From: Bdellovibrionales bacterium
GTDB lineage: Bacteria; Bdellovibrionota; Bdellovibrionia; Bdellovibrionales; UBA1609
Direction: 5' to 3'
DNA length: 64,000 nt
Assembly (NCBI GenBank): GCA_965205945.1
Contig: CBDBIB010000003.1
Location: 320,001-384,000, forward strand
The position numbers and the translations under genes were made by a program. The notes under the pieces were generated by a model. The model ran no database searches and was not told the DNA's origin. It saw only the letters and a program-made list of their open reading frames with translations. Of the stretch, positions 29,321 to 38,805 are shown one piece after another (within the stretch, counting starts at the first letter, position 1; the number at the start of each line of letters is the position of its first letter).

Positions 29321-30232
29321 TTATTTTTGCCCCATAAACCCAAGGATAACCGGTCCAAGAACTGTTAAGAAAACCGCAGGAACAATAAATAAAACCATTG
29401 GAATCATCAAGGCTTGAGAAGCTTTTGCACCAGCTTTTTCAGCTCGAACAAAGCGCTCTAATCTCATTTGCTCAGCTTGATCTTTTAAGACCTTATGAAT
29501 GGGAACACCAGCAGAGTCAGCATCAATTATTACAGCCACTAAACTCATAATTTCACTAAGATCGATTCTATTAGAAAAAGCCCTTAAGGCATCTGCTCTT
29601 GAGCTACCAATACGAATTTCAGCAAGAAGCTCTTTCATTTCGTTAGCAAGAATACTGTCGGGAGCTTTTTCCACAATCCTTTGAATAGCACCAATGAAAT
29701 CCATGCCAGCCTCTGTAGTTAATGCTAAAAGATCAATGAAAAAAGGTAAATCTGTTTGTATGGATATATTTCGTTTCTTTTTTTGATCATTAGCGTATAG
29801 ATTTGGAAAGGCAAACCCAAGAAGGCCTAAGACAAAAACCCCTGGGGCTGGAATTCCAAGATCTAAAGCAAAGTTAAAAAAGAAAAGACAAAGTGGGAAT
29901 ATAAATCCCCATAAAATCTGCATTCCAATAAACTCATCCACATTGAGTTCTTTAGAGATACCTGCGGTTTTTAGATTGATTGCAATTTTTTTTCGATAAT
30001 TCTTAGATTTAATTTTTTTTGCGTGAGCTAGTGTAAAATTGTGAATAAGAGGACGTGAAATATTAATTACAGGTGATTTTGACTTTGTAGGTTCGTCATC
30101 AGTAGCCCAAGCTAAAGTTGAAGAATCAGAGTTGTCTCCAAGTATAACTCTTGTTATTAAATATACAGAGTAACTTGCAAAGGCAATTCCTAAAATGAGT
30201 AGAATGAAATCTAAATTAAATATGGAACTCAA
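29321..30232 (-). CDS. tadC: Tad pilus inner-membrane platform protein TadC (T2SS F family)
   Basis: LPFFIDLLAL..EAG, G..R..AL, AEKAGAKA..LMIPMVLFIVP. TTG start with a GAGGGGG RBS. Confidence 0.88.
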   Translation of the reverse strand: MSSIFNLDFILLILGIAFASYSVYLITRVILGDNSDSSTLAWATDDEPTKSKSPVINISRPLIHNFTLAHAKKIKSKNYRKKIAINLKTAGISKELNVDEFIGMQILWGFIFPLCLFFFNFALDLGIPAPGVFVLGLLGFAFPNLYANDQKKKRNISIQTDLPFFIDLLALTTEAGMDFIGAIQRIVEKAPDSILANEMKELLAEIRIGSSRADALRAFSNRIDLSEIMSLVAVIIDADSAGVPIHKVLKDQAEQMRLERFVRAEKAGAKASQALMIPMVLFIVPAVFLTVLGPVILGFMGQK

Positions 30233-30827
30233 CTTAACCCCCTCTATTTTATTAATTTCTAAGTCACCGCAAAGAGCGCAGTTACTCGCTCAAGCAGGGT
30301 ACCAATTTGAATCCTTTCCCTTAGAAATATCGGAAATTATTGATAAAAACCTAAATTGTTTTCATCAGTGCAAAAGGCTTGCTTGTCTTAAAATGAAACA
30401 CTTTAAAGATCAAATTGGCCTTAAGTATAAGGATTTTAAATTTGCTCTTACTTGCGATACAATGGTTGAGTTTAAGGGGGTAGGCTTAGATAAACCTAAA
30501 AGCCTCTTAGAGGCAAAGAAGTGGCTTTTAAACTATAGCGGGCAAGAACAGTTTGTACATACAGGCTGCTGCCTTCTTCGTCTAGATGGGCAGGCTTTGG
30601 ACAAAAGTTGGGTGACGACAACAAAGATTAAATTTAAAAAAATATTTAAGATTGATGTAGATCAATATTTAGATGAGAATTTAAAGGTTTTAGGCAAGGC
30701 TGGTGGGTATGGTATTCAGGATAAAAAGTTTAATTTAATTCAGAGTATACAAGGCTCGTATACAAATATTGTAGGACTTACTTTAGAGTCTTTACGGTTA
30801 GAGCTTAAAAAGTGGGAATTAAAGTGA
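30222..30827 (+). CDS. maf: Maf/YhdE nucleoside triphosphate pyrophosphatase
   Basis: ILLISKSPQRAQLL, CDT, KP, GKAGGYGIQ, GSYTNIVGL. Nearest ATG (30222) chosen as start. Confidence 0.9.
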   Translation: MELNLTPSILLISKSPQRAQLLAQAGYQFESFPLEISEIIDKNLNCFHQCKRLACLKMKHFKDQIGLKYKDFKFALTCDTMVEFKGVGLDKPKSLLEAKKWLLNYSGQEQFVHTGCCLLRLDGQALDKSWVTTTKIKFKKIFKIDVDQYLDENLKVLGKAGGYGIQDKKFNLIQSIQGSYTNIVGLTLESLRLELKKWELK

Positions 30828-31468
30828 ATATAAAGATTTTAAAAGAAGAAATTAAAAACCTTAATGGAAATCTTATTGCAGTCTCTAAAACTATAGAGGA
30901 AAGAAAAATAAGAAAAGCCTACTTATTAGGTATTAGAGCCTTTGGCGAAAGTTATTTAACCGAGGCTTGTCATAAAATTAAAAGTCTTTCAGATTTAGAT
31001 ATTGAGTGGCACTATTTAGGACGATTACAAAATGGGACTTTAAATAAAGTGATGAATAAGTTTTCACTTATTCACACAGGGGCAAAGCTTTCTCACTTAA
31101 TAAAAATTAATGAGAAGACAAAAGGTGTTCAAAAAATTCTTATACAAGTAAGGCACCCTACGGATATAAGAGATTACGGAGTTTTAGAGGGTGATTTAGA
31201 GTTGTTTTTGTTAGAAGCATTAAAGCTTGATAAGATCATATTATCCGGCTTGATGTTTATTCCTCCTGTAAACATGGAAACACAAAATCTTTTAGCCGCA
31301 TTCTTGTGGGCAAAGAAACATTTTGATAGATTAGGTGAGCGTATAGATGCAAAAAGGCAAAAAAACTGGTCTATTTTATCTATGGGAATGTCTAAAGATT
31401 ATCTAAAAGCCTTAAATAATGGGGCGACTCATGTCAGGCTTGGGCGGTTAATTTTTGGAGAAAGGTAG
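30812..31468 (+). CDS. yggS: PLP homeostasis protein YggS
   Basis: LIAVSK, FGESY, WHYLGRLQ, LSMGMS, GATHVRLG. Confidence 0.93.
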   Translation: MGIKVNIKILKEEIKNLNGNLIAVSKTIEERKIRKAYLLGIRAFGESYLTEACHKIKSLSDLDIEWHYLGRLQNGTLNKVMNKFSLIHTGAKLSHLIKINEKTKGVQKILIQVRHPTDIRDYGVLEGDLELFLLEALKLDKIILSGLMFIPPVNMETQNLLAAFLWAKKHFDRLGERIDAKRQKNWSILSMGMSKDYLKALNNGATHVRLGRLIFGER

Positions 31469-31471
31469 GGT

Positions 31472-32293
31472 TTGCATATTTTTTTAAAACAAAAAAAGAT
31501 TGGTTTTGTTGGTGCAGGGAATATGACTAGAAGTCTTGTTGCAGGATTATTATTAAATCCAGATATAAATTTAAAAAATTTGTATGTGGTAAATAGAACA
31601 TCTTTAAAAGCAAAAAATCTGTCTAAAAAATATAATATAAACTATATAAAGCATGTTGATGATCTTCTTGATCTATGTGATATAATTATAATCTCAATTA
31701 AGCCTCAAGACGTATTAGAGTTTTTAAGCTCATATGGAAAAAGTTTTACAGAGGAACATATAGTTTTAAGTTTATGCGCAGGAATTAAGCTTAAGAGCTT
31801 AAAGAATCAGCTTCCTCAGGTTAATGATTTTGTGCGCTTGATGCCCTCAACCACCTGTGAATTTGGAAGTGGTGTTTTAGGTGTTTATTCAGACAATGAA
31901 GCGCTGGCTTTAGAAGTTGAAAAATATTTTTATTCGGTAGGCCTTGTGCAGATAGTTCAAACAGAAGAGGCGTTAGATGGAGTCATGATTTCGGTAGCAA
32001 GTGGTGTAGGCTTTATTCTTGAGATCATGCAAATTTGGTCAGAATGGCTTAGTGAAATGGGTTTTGATAGTGAGAGTGCAGATGAAATTACAAGAATAAG
32101 TTTTTTAAGTGTTAGTAAAGCACTTAAAGCATCGAATAAAAGTTTTATGCAGATGCAAAATGATGTGACCTCAAAAAAAGGTGTAACCTTAGCAGGGCTT
32201 AAGATGATGAGATCATCTGGTTTAGATGAAATCTTAAATAAGAGCTTTCAAGCAGCCCTTCGTAGAAGTAAAGAGCTTGAAGAGCTTATTTAA
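31472..32293 (+). CDS. proC: pyrroline-5-carboxylate reductase
   Basis: IGFVGAGNM, IKPQ, VRLMP, VTSKKGVT. Follows yggS. Confidence 0.92.
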   Translation: MHIFLKQKKIGFVGAGNMTRSLVAGLLLNPDINLKNLYVVNRTSLKAKNLSKKYNINYIKHVDDLLDLCDIIIISIKPQDVLEFLSSYGKSFTEEHIVLSLCAGIKLKSLKNQLPQVNDFVRLMPSTTCEFGSGVLGVYSDNEALALEVEKYFYSVGLVQIVQTEEALDGVMISVASGVGFILEIMQIWSEWLSEMGFDSESADEITRISFLSVSKALKASNKSFMQMQNDVTSKKGVTLAGLKMMRSSGLDEILNKSFQAALRRSKELEELI

Positions 32294-32559
32294 AAATTCT
32301 TTTTTAAAATGAAGAGTTAATTTTAGAAAAATATGGCCTTGTAAAATAAATTGTGTAGCTACTTAACAGTAAACTAGGATTAAACATCCTTAAGTATGTT
32401 TTTAAGAATTTATTTCTAGGGTGGGTAGGAAGCAGTTTTTTAAACCGTTGGTCCAAGTTAGATACTTATGTTTAACAACGTTCTTAAAAAAACATTTATT
32501 GTTGTGTAGGTAAGTGTGCGATTTTAAAATCCGGATTTAAAAAGCTTTATGTAGTGGGA

Positions 32560-33150
32560 TTAATATTTAAATTGAGCCATACCTTCAGGTCCAAGGATAA
32601 CAACTTTAAATTTTTGGGTAGATAAACTGTGTGTAGAAATAGGGAAGGTTATTAGATAAGGAGTACTCCAGGGGCTTAATTCAGGGAAATAGGCTTTATT
32701 ATGGTATGAAATCTTTTTTCTAAGAGTAATAGTTCCTTTATACTCCATATTATGAACTTTTAAAATTACTTTCCAATCAGAGATGTCTTGATCAAGTTTA
32801 TTTCTCTTTGTTTTAGGAGAATAAAAAGTTAGGAAGAATTCAGAATGTGTAGAAAGAAGGCTTTCTTTTTTACTTTTAAATTTAAGAGCTTCGTTAGGAG
32901 TCCAGTTTTTAAATTGGCTTTTAATTCTTAAATTATTGTCTTGGATATTTTTATTTAAGAAAGTGAGTTCAGCTTCGAACAAAAGGTAGAGGCCATCATA
33001 CTGTTGTTGTTTTTTTGTCTGCCTTCTAATCATTCGTTTTTGTTTGGATAGTGTTAAGGGGCGCCAATCATCTGTAAGTTTCGTATTTATAGGGCTGTGA
33101 TTGCAGGATGACAATAGTATGCTGATTAAAAATAGGCTAAAAATTTGCAT
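32560..33150 (-). CDS. hypothetical lipoprotein
   Basis: Lipobox LLSSC. Overlaps the upstream hydrolase stop. Confidence 0.65.
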   Translation of the reverse strand: MQIFSLFLISILLSSCNHSPINTKLTDDWRPLTLSKQKRMIRRQTKKQQQYDGLYLLFEAELTFLNKNIQDNNLRIKSQFKNWTPNEALKFKSKKESLLSTHSEFFLTFYSPKTKRNKLDQDISDWKVILKVHNMEYKGTITLRKKISYHNKAYFPELSPWSTPYLITFPISTHSLSTQKFKVVILGPEGMAQFKY

Positions 33151-33976
33151 TTAAAAACTCCTTTATTTTAGAAATAGCAGCTTCTTTTTGAATATCATTT
33201 AACACTTCATGCATGGAATTATCAAAGAAAACAATTTGAGATCGATTTTTTAATAATTTAAAAGCATGATTTCCATCACAAACAGAATCCTTCGGGGATA
33301 AAAGAGATAAGGTTGGAATTTTTGTAGGGTGTTTTATCAACCTTTTTGTAAGTTCTATTATTCCTAAGAATAGGCGAGGTGAAATTTTAGAGTGTCTTAT
33401 GGGGTCGGCTTTATATATTTTTAAATACTCTAAATCTGATGAAAGTTGTTCGGGTGAGATTTCATTTTCAAGAGTGAGTCTTGGAGCAACTTTAGCTAGG
33501 AACTTAGAGCCAGTGGTTTTCCATTTAGAGGGGGTAAAATTAAGTTTTGTACAAGGATTTGAAAAAATGAGCCCCTTTATATCTAAGGTATTAAAAACTT
33601 TTTCTTGCTCAGCACTTAGAGTAATAAGTCCTCCAAGAGAATGACTTAGTAAAAACAAAGGTTTTTTTGACTCTGTAGATAGGAGTTTTAAAAGTTTAGT
33701 AAGGTCTTTAATAAACCATTGTATGTCTCCAACATAGCCTCTTTGACCACTGGATTTTCCGTGTCCAGCTAAATCCCAAGAAACAACATCAATAGGAAGC
33801 TCTGAGGAAAGGTCGTTACTAATATGATTATAGGCGTCAGAGTGTTCACCAAGTCCATGAGTGATAATTAAAAGAGCCTTTGAGTGGCCTTGTTGAGAGT
33901 GGTATTTTTGATAGAATAATTGTCTTTGTTTGTCACTACTTTGAAAAAAATGAGTAGTGTTATTAGATAAGGTCAT
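33137..33976 (-). CDS. alpha/beta hydrolase, lysophospholipase/monoacylglycerol lipase-like
   Basis: HGLGEH, DLAGHGKSSGQRG, HSLGG nucleophile, D and HE triad residues. Confidence 0.9.
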   Translation of the reverse strand: MTLSNNTTHFFQSSDKQRQLFYQKYHSQQGHSKALLIITHGLGEHSDAYNHISNDLSSELPIDVVSWDLAGHGKSSGQRGYVGDIQWFIKDLTKLLKLLSTESKKPLFLLSHSLGGLITLSAEQEKVFNTLDIKGLIFSNPCTKLNFTPSKWKTTGSKFLAKVAPRLTLENEISPEQLSSDLEYLKIYKADPIRHSKISPRLFLGIIELTKRLIKHPTKIPTLSLLSPKDSVCDGNHAFKLLKNRSQIVFFDNSMHEVLNDIQKEAAISKIKEFLNANF

Positions 33977-34000
33977 AAGGTGTAGGATCCTTTGCTGCTC

Positions 34001-34258
34001 TTAAATTAGAGGGTTTGTTAAAATAAAATTGTTACTAATTAATGTTTTTAGCAGTTTATTGTTTTTAAGAGAACTATCTATGCTGTAGTGACAATCTAAG
34101 CCTTTAAGTTGGGTTAAAATAACCTTGAAGCGTTGTTTTGAAAAGAAACTTCTTAAAATGCTTAAAGAGGCAATGTTTTTTTTAGCCAATTCATATGCAG
34201 CCACAAGATCAACTAGCCTTAAACCTATGGTAATAAGTTGTTTGGTGTTTTTTTTCAT
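34001..34258 (-). pseudogene. decayed remnant of an FAD-dependent oxidoreductase N-terminus
   Basis: MKKNTKQLITIGLRLVDLVAAYELAKK resembles IIGAGLAGLxAAYEL with the glycines mutated. Confidence 0.45.
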
Positions 34259-34362
34259 ATGAGGAGTATACATTAAAAGTTTAGATTTATAATCTCTTTC
34301 AATTCCTTGCGTCAGCAAGGTTTTAATCGTTATGATAAGAGAGGGTTGTTGGAGGGGCTATT

Positions 34363-35451
34363 ATGTTTAAAAAAATAGTTATTTTTATGTTTGGAATGTT
34401 TTTTTTAAGTACAGCATGGGTGGGTGTTACTTCTTTTGTCAAAAAACAGTATGAAATAGTCCAAAATGAAAATTTACCGGTAAAATTCAATTTAATGCAG
34501 TCTCGCTGGGAAAGGCTGTCTAGTTTTAACGTAAATTTATCAAAAGAGCTTAAAAAACCAGCTGAGTTTTTATTAAGGTTCTCAGGTTTGGATTTGAATT
34601 TAGTAGAGTCTAAGTTGAGTGAGGGGCTAGATGGTGATTTTTATTTGGCGGTGAAGAGGGCATATTTAGATGTAGGCAGGAAATCTTCATTTTTTACTCT
34701 AAACTTAAAAGAAAAAGGTAGGTATTTAGTAAGAGTGATTAACATTGATGCTGATGTAGAGATTGTTGGTTTTGAACTAGATTCGGTTTTAAATTATTTA
34801 AGGCAGGGGCTTGAGCAAAACGAGTGGTTTCTTGTGGATGGGAAAAAAAGAGTCATGGCCTCTGATGAGAAGGCTTATGTTGGTAAGTCTCATAATATGG
34901 GAGATTTATATGAGAAATATCCATTTACGGTGTTGGGTGAAATTTATACGTTTGCAGTTTTAAGGCCAAAGAGCGTAAGTTTTGCATTTATAAATTTCAT
35001 GGGTATTTTAGGAATATTTCTTATTTTAATAGCTCTTTATTTTTATACTGGGCGCGGTAATGGCAAGCAGGCTTTAGTAAGTAGAAATGAGGATTTTTTA
35101 AAAGCCATAGAAACAGAGCCTTTAAAGCATAATGCCTTTAATGAATCTAAAGATGAAAGGGTTTTTTTAGACAATGATGTTTTTAAAGATGTACGAATGG
35201 TAGATTTAACAAGTAAGAAGGACCAATCAGAGTTAGACTATACAGAATTTCTAACAGACAATCCAATTTTAGGGCAAGCTTCTAAAGAAGAAACTATTTT
35301 AAAGGCAGCCACTGTTGTAACGAAGGCAGAAAAAGCTGAAAATGCGAGCTTTGATGAGTGGGTAAAACTAGCTGAAGAGCTTAGCGAAAATATTGATAAA
35401 TTTACACAAGATTTAGAAAAAGATAAAGGTTTAAAGGAGAGTAAAACCTAG
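34363..35451 (+). CDS. hypothetical membrane protein (two TMs, acidic cytoplasmic tail)
   Basis: Long ORF with a GGAGG RBS, N-terminal and internal hydrophobic segments. Confidence 0.65.
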   Translation: MFKKIVIFMFGMFFLSTAWVGVTSFVKKQYEIVQNENLPVKFNLMQSRWERLSSFNVNLSKELKKPAEFLLRFSGLDLNLVESKLSEGLDGDFYLAVKRAYLDVGRKSSFFTLNLKEKGRYLVRVINIDADVEIVGFELDSVLNYLRQGLEQNEWFLVDGKKRVMASDEKAYVGKSHNMGDLYEKYPFTVLGEIYTFAVLRPKSVSFAFINFMGILGIFLILIALYFYTGRGNGKQALVSRNEDFLKAIETEPLKHNAFNESKDERVFLDNDVFKDVRMVDLTSKKDQSELDYTEFLTDNPILGQASKEETILKAATVVTKAEKAENASFDEWVKLAEELSENIDKFTQDLEKDKGLKESKT

Positions 35452-35479
35452 AGTTTAATTTTTTATTGAGGTTAAGTAG

Positions 35480-36943
35480 TTGAAATTATCCATCGGTCTT
35501 TTGACAGATTTAGAGCACCAAACATTGGGTGCTTTTTTGTTGCAGTTAGATTGTGAGATTAGAATTTATTCTAATCTTACCGGATTTTTATCAGATATAA
35601 TCTCACATAAGTTTGACTTGATTTTTATTGGAGAGAGTTTTTTAAAAAGCAAAGAAGACTATGAAAGGTTAAGGCTAGAGTTAGGCCGAATTCCAAGAGT
35701 AAGGGTTATTTTTGCAGTTGATTCGATTAAGCTTTTTAAACTTTCACATTCAGGGTTAGTACACTCTGAGGACTATAATGCTATTAAGAAAATTTTAGAA
35801 GAAACAAAAAAAATAAACCAACAAAGCTCCATGGATGATCAAGCAGTTCATTTAAATGATGATGAAGAGGTAATAGAGATTCTTGAAGAGCAGACTATTG
35901 ACTCTAATTTTGAAAAGATAACAGAAGCCACGCTAAAGATTAAAAGGTGTAATTCCATAGATGAAATTGGTGTTGCTCTAGTGGATTCTTTAAAGACTGT
36001 AGTTAAAGGTGAACGAAGGGGGCTGTTTTTAAAATATTTACCAACATATTGTAGCTTGGTAGTGTTGTCAGGGTTTAATTTTTCAACTAAAAAAATCAAT
36101 GGAATAGGTCTAAATTTTTCTAGTTCTAAAGAATTTAAAGCTGAGCAGCATTTGTCGCAGTTAAAATTTGTGCCAGCTTTTAATAAAGTAGTTGAGAAAA
36201 TTTTTAATCATACAAATATAGAGATTAAAACATTAGAGGTTGATAGAGAGGTTAAAGGTGTTTTGGTCTATGAACTGCCTGCAAAAGGCAGTGTTGATGG
36301 CGATCTACATTTGCTGTGTGATTATGCAGAAGCCTGTTTATCTGCAGTCATATATAAACATAAGTATTTACAGAATAAAATAAATGATGATTTAACAGGG
36401 TGTATTTTAAGGGAAGGCTTTTTTAATCAATTGCAAAATGAAATTATGAGAGCAAAGAGAGTTTTTTTACCTGTTACAGTTATGCTTTTTGAAATTGATG
36501 GGTTTTATGGGGTTAAGGCAAAATATAATGAGGAAAGGGTTAAAACCTTAATTAAAAGTTTTCCACAACTTTTAAAAGAAAGTATAAGGCATAATGATTT
36601 GGTGGGAAGAATTGGGGAGTGCAAATTTGCAGTTTTATTTCCTTATATGTCTACAAAGGCAGGTCTTATAAAGGCAGGTAAAATGTCAAAAAAAATTGCT
36701 CAGACTAAATTTTTTAATGATATGAAGACTAAATTGATTTGTTCAACATCAATTGTTTTAGGTACTTATCCTTCTCAAGTATCCTCTGCCGATGAGCTAA
36801 TTTCATCTTTAGAGTCGACTATGCTACATAGGGAATCCTCAGGTACAACAATGGTTTTAAAAATTAAGCCAGGGTTTAAGAAAGATTTTGAGGAGATGAG
36901 TTTGCCGGTTTCTAGAATGAATAAAAAAAAGGTAGAGGTATGA
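35480..36943 (+). CDS. degenerate GGDEF-domain protein, probable c-di-GMP receptor
   Basis: DDLTG..., FEIDGF, RHND (RxxD I-site), then GRIGECKF in place of GGDEF. Confidence 0.8.
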   Translation: MKLSIGLLTDLEHQTLGAFLLQLDCEIRIYSNLTGFLSDIISHKFDLIFIGESFLKSKEDYERLRLELGRIPRVRVIFAVDSIKLFKLSHSGLVHSEDYNAIKKILEETKKINQQSSMDDQAVHLNDDEEVIEILEEQTIDSNFEKITEATLKIKRCNSIDEIGVALVDSLKTVVKGERRGLFLKYLPTYCSLVVLSGFNFSTKKINGIGLNFSSSKEFKAEQHLSQLKFVPAFNKVVEKIFNHTNIEIKTLEVDREVKGVLVYELPAKGSVDGDLHLLCDYAEACLSAVIYKHKYLQNKINDDLTGCILREGFFNQLQNEIMRAKRVFLPVTVMLFEIDGFYGVKAKYNEERVKTLIKSFPQLLKESIRHNDLVGRIGECKFAVLFPYMSTKAGLIKAGKMSKKIAQTKFFNDMKTKLICSTSIVLGTYPSQVSSADELISSLESTMLHRESSGTTMVLKIKPGFKKDFEEMSLPVSRMNKKKVEV

Positions 36944-38007
36944 ATCCAGTTTTATGGATAAATCAAGATAATTTAGTTAAAAATTTTAATTTCATTAAAA
37001 ATAAAACAGAATCAACATTTATATGCCCAATGGTTAAGGCAAATGCATATGGGGTGGGTGATACGCTTGTCGTAGGAACATTATTAGAGGTTGGAGCAAA
37101 ATATTTTGGAGTTGCTCGAGTTTTTGAAGGTGAAAAATTAAGGCGCTTTTTTCCCAATAAGAAATTTGAAATTTTGGTGTTCAATACTCTTTATAAAGAC
37201 TCTATAAAATCCTATGCTGAAAGTGGTTTAACTCCAGTTGTGGGTAGTGGCAGTGACTTAGGTCTTTTAAAAGAACTTTCAGTAAAGAATTTAAAAAAAA
37301 TAGGTAATGTTCATTTAAAATTTGATTTAGGTATGTCTAGATTCGGGTTTAAATTAAAGGATATGTCTCAAGTATGGGAGGCTATAAAAAGTCTAGGGCT
37401 TAATATTCAAGGTGTATGTGGACACTTTCCTAATAATAAAGATTCTTTACAAGAAGAGAGGCTTTTAAACGATTTAATCAAGTGTGCTTTTAAGGCAGGG
37501 GTTTCTAAACAAAATGTCCACGCCCTTAATTCTACAGCTATTCAAGGAGATAAGTTTCAAGTAGGTTTAAGGCCGGGCATTAGCCTTTATGGAGTGAGTC
37601 AAATAAAAGAGAGTGGGTTAAAGGGAGTCTTAAGGCTCACATCTCCTGTGGTGTCTTTTAACAGCCTTTTTCGTGGAGATAGGGTTTCTTATGGAGGAAC
37701 ATGGAAAGCAAAGGGGCCTGTAAGAATTGGCATTCTGCCCATTGGTTACGCAGACGGCTTGCGAAGGGGCCTTTCAAATAGGATAAAGTTTGTTTTAAAG
37801 GAAAGTGTTTATTCTCAAGTAGGAGAGATTTGTATGGACTATTGTATGGTGAACTTAGGAAATGGAGGAAACTTAAGGCAAGGTGATAAGCTTATTTTAT
37901 TTGATGAAACTTATTTAAGCCTTTTTGAGTGGGCAAAAATATTAAATACGATTCCTTATGAGCTGTTAACAGGATTAGGTGATCGTATTGAGCGAAGGAT
38001 TTTTTAG
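36940..38007 (+). CDS. alr: alanine racemase
   Basis: MVKANAYG, HLKFDLGMSRFG, RPGISLYG, VSYGG, GYADG, ICMD, TIPYE. Confidence 0.95.
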   Translation: MNPVLWINQDNLVKNFNFIKNKTESTFICPMVKANAYGVGDTLVVGTLLEVGAKYFGVARVFEGEKLRRFFPNKKFEILVFNTLYKDSIKSYAESGLTPVVGSGSDLGLLKELSVKNLKKIGNVHLKFDLGMSRFGFKLKDMSQVWEAIKSLGLNIQGVCGHFPNNKDSLQEERLLNDLIKCAFKAGVSKQNVHALNSTAIQGDKFQVGLRPGISLYGVSQIKESGLKGVLRLTSPVVSFNSLFRGDRVSYGGTWKAKGPVRIGILPIGYADGLRRGLSNRIKFVLKESVYSQVGEICMDYCMVNLGNGGNLRQGDKLILFDETYLSLFEWAKILNTIPYELLTGLGDRIERRIF

Positions 38008-38010
38008 TAT

Positions 38011-38805
38011 ATGAAATTATATTTTAACTCTGTTTTTGAAAAGCGAGTTTTAGAACCTGTTCAGGTTGCAGGACAATTTTACTTATTTTCAGTTAAAGCA
38101 CTAAAATCCATTTTCACTAAACCTTTTAGATATAATGAAATTCTTAAGCATATAGATTTTGTTGGGAATCAGTCTATTGGAATTATAGTATTAACAGGAG
38201 TTTTTACAGGGCTGGCATTAAGTTTTCAAATTTGGATTGGGTTTAATCTTCTTGGAGCAGCAGATTTAGTTGGACCAACAGTTGCTTTAGCAATTACTCG
38301 AGAAATAGGGCCTGTTTTAACAAGCTTAGTTATTTCTGCTAGAGCAGGTGGGGCAATGGCAGCACAGCTTGGAACCATGAGAGTTTCTGAGCAGATTGAT
38401 GCCTTAGAGGTCATGGGAGTAGAGCCGATTCAATATTTAGTGGGTCCACGGGTTGTTGCAAGTGTTTTGGCTACACCCTTACTGTGTGCAGTTTTTGATT
38501 TTATGGCTATGGTGGCATCATATTTTTTAAGTGTGAATTTTCTTGGCTTAGATGAAGGTGTTTATTGGGAGCGCATACGACTTTGGGTACAGCCGTCATA
38601 TGTTTATGAGGGTCTGGTTAAAACTGCAATATTTGGTCTATTTTTTGGACTTTTTTGCACATTTAGAGGCTTTACCACAAAAGGCGGGGCTAGAGGGGTT
38701 GGAGAGTCTACAAATAGAGGAGTTGTGGTCAGTATGGTTATGGTGATTGTACTGGATTATTTTGTATCTAATTTTATTAGGTTTTATAATTTAATGAGGG
38801 GTTGA
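38011..38805 (+). CDS. mlaE: MlaE lipid ABC transporter permease
   Basis: REIGPVLT, GTMRVSEQIDALEVMG, GGARGVG. Confidence 0.95.
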   Translation: MKLYFNSVFEKRVLEPVQVAGQFYLFSVKALKSIFTKPFRYNEILKHIDFVGNQSIGIIVLTGVFTGLALSFQIWIGFNLLGAADLVGPTVALAITREIGPVLTSLVISARAGGAMAAQLGTMRVSEQIDALEVMGVEPIQYLVGPRVVASVLATPLLCAVFDFMAMVASYFLSVNFLGLDEGVYWERIRLWVQPSYVYEGLVKTAIFGLFFGLFCTFRGFTTKGGARGVGESTNRGVVVSMVMVIVLDYFVSNFIRFYNLMRG

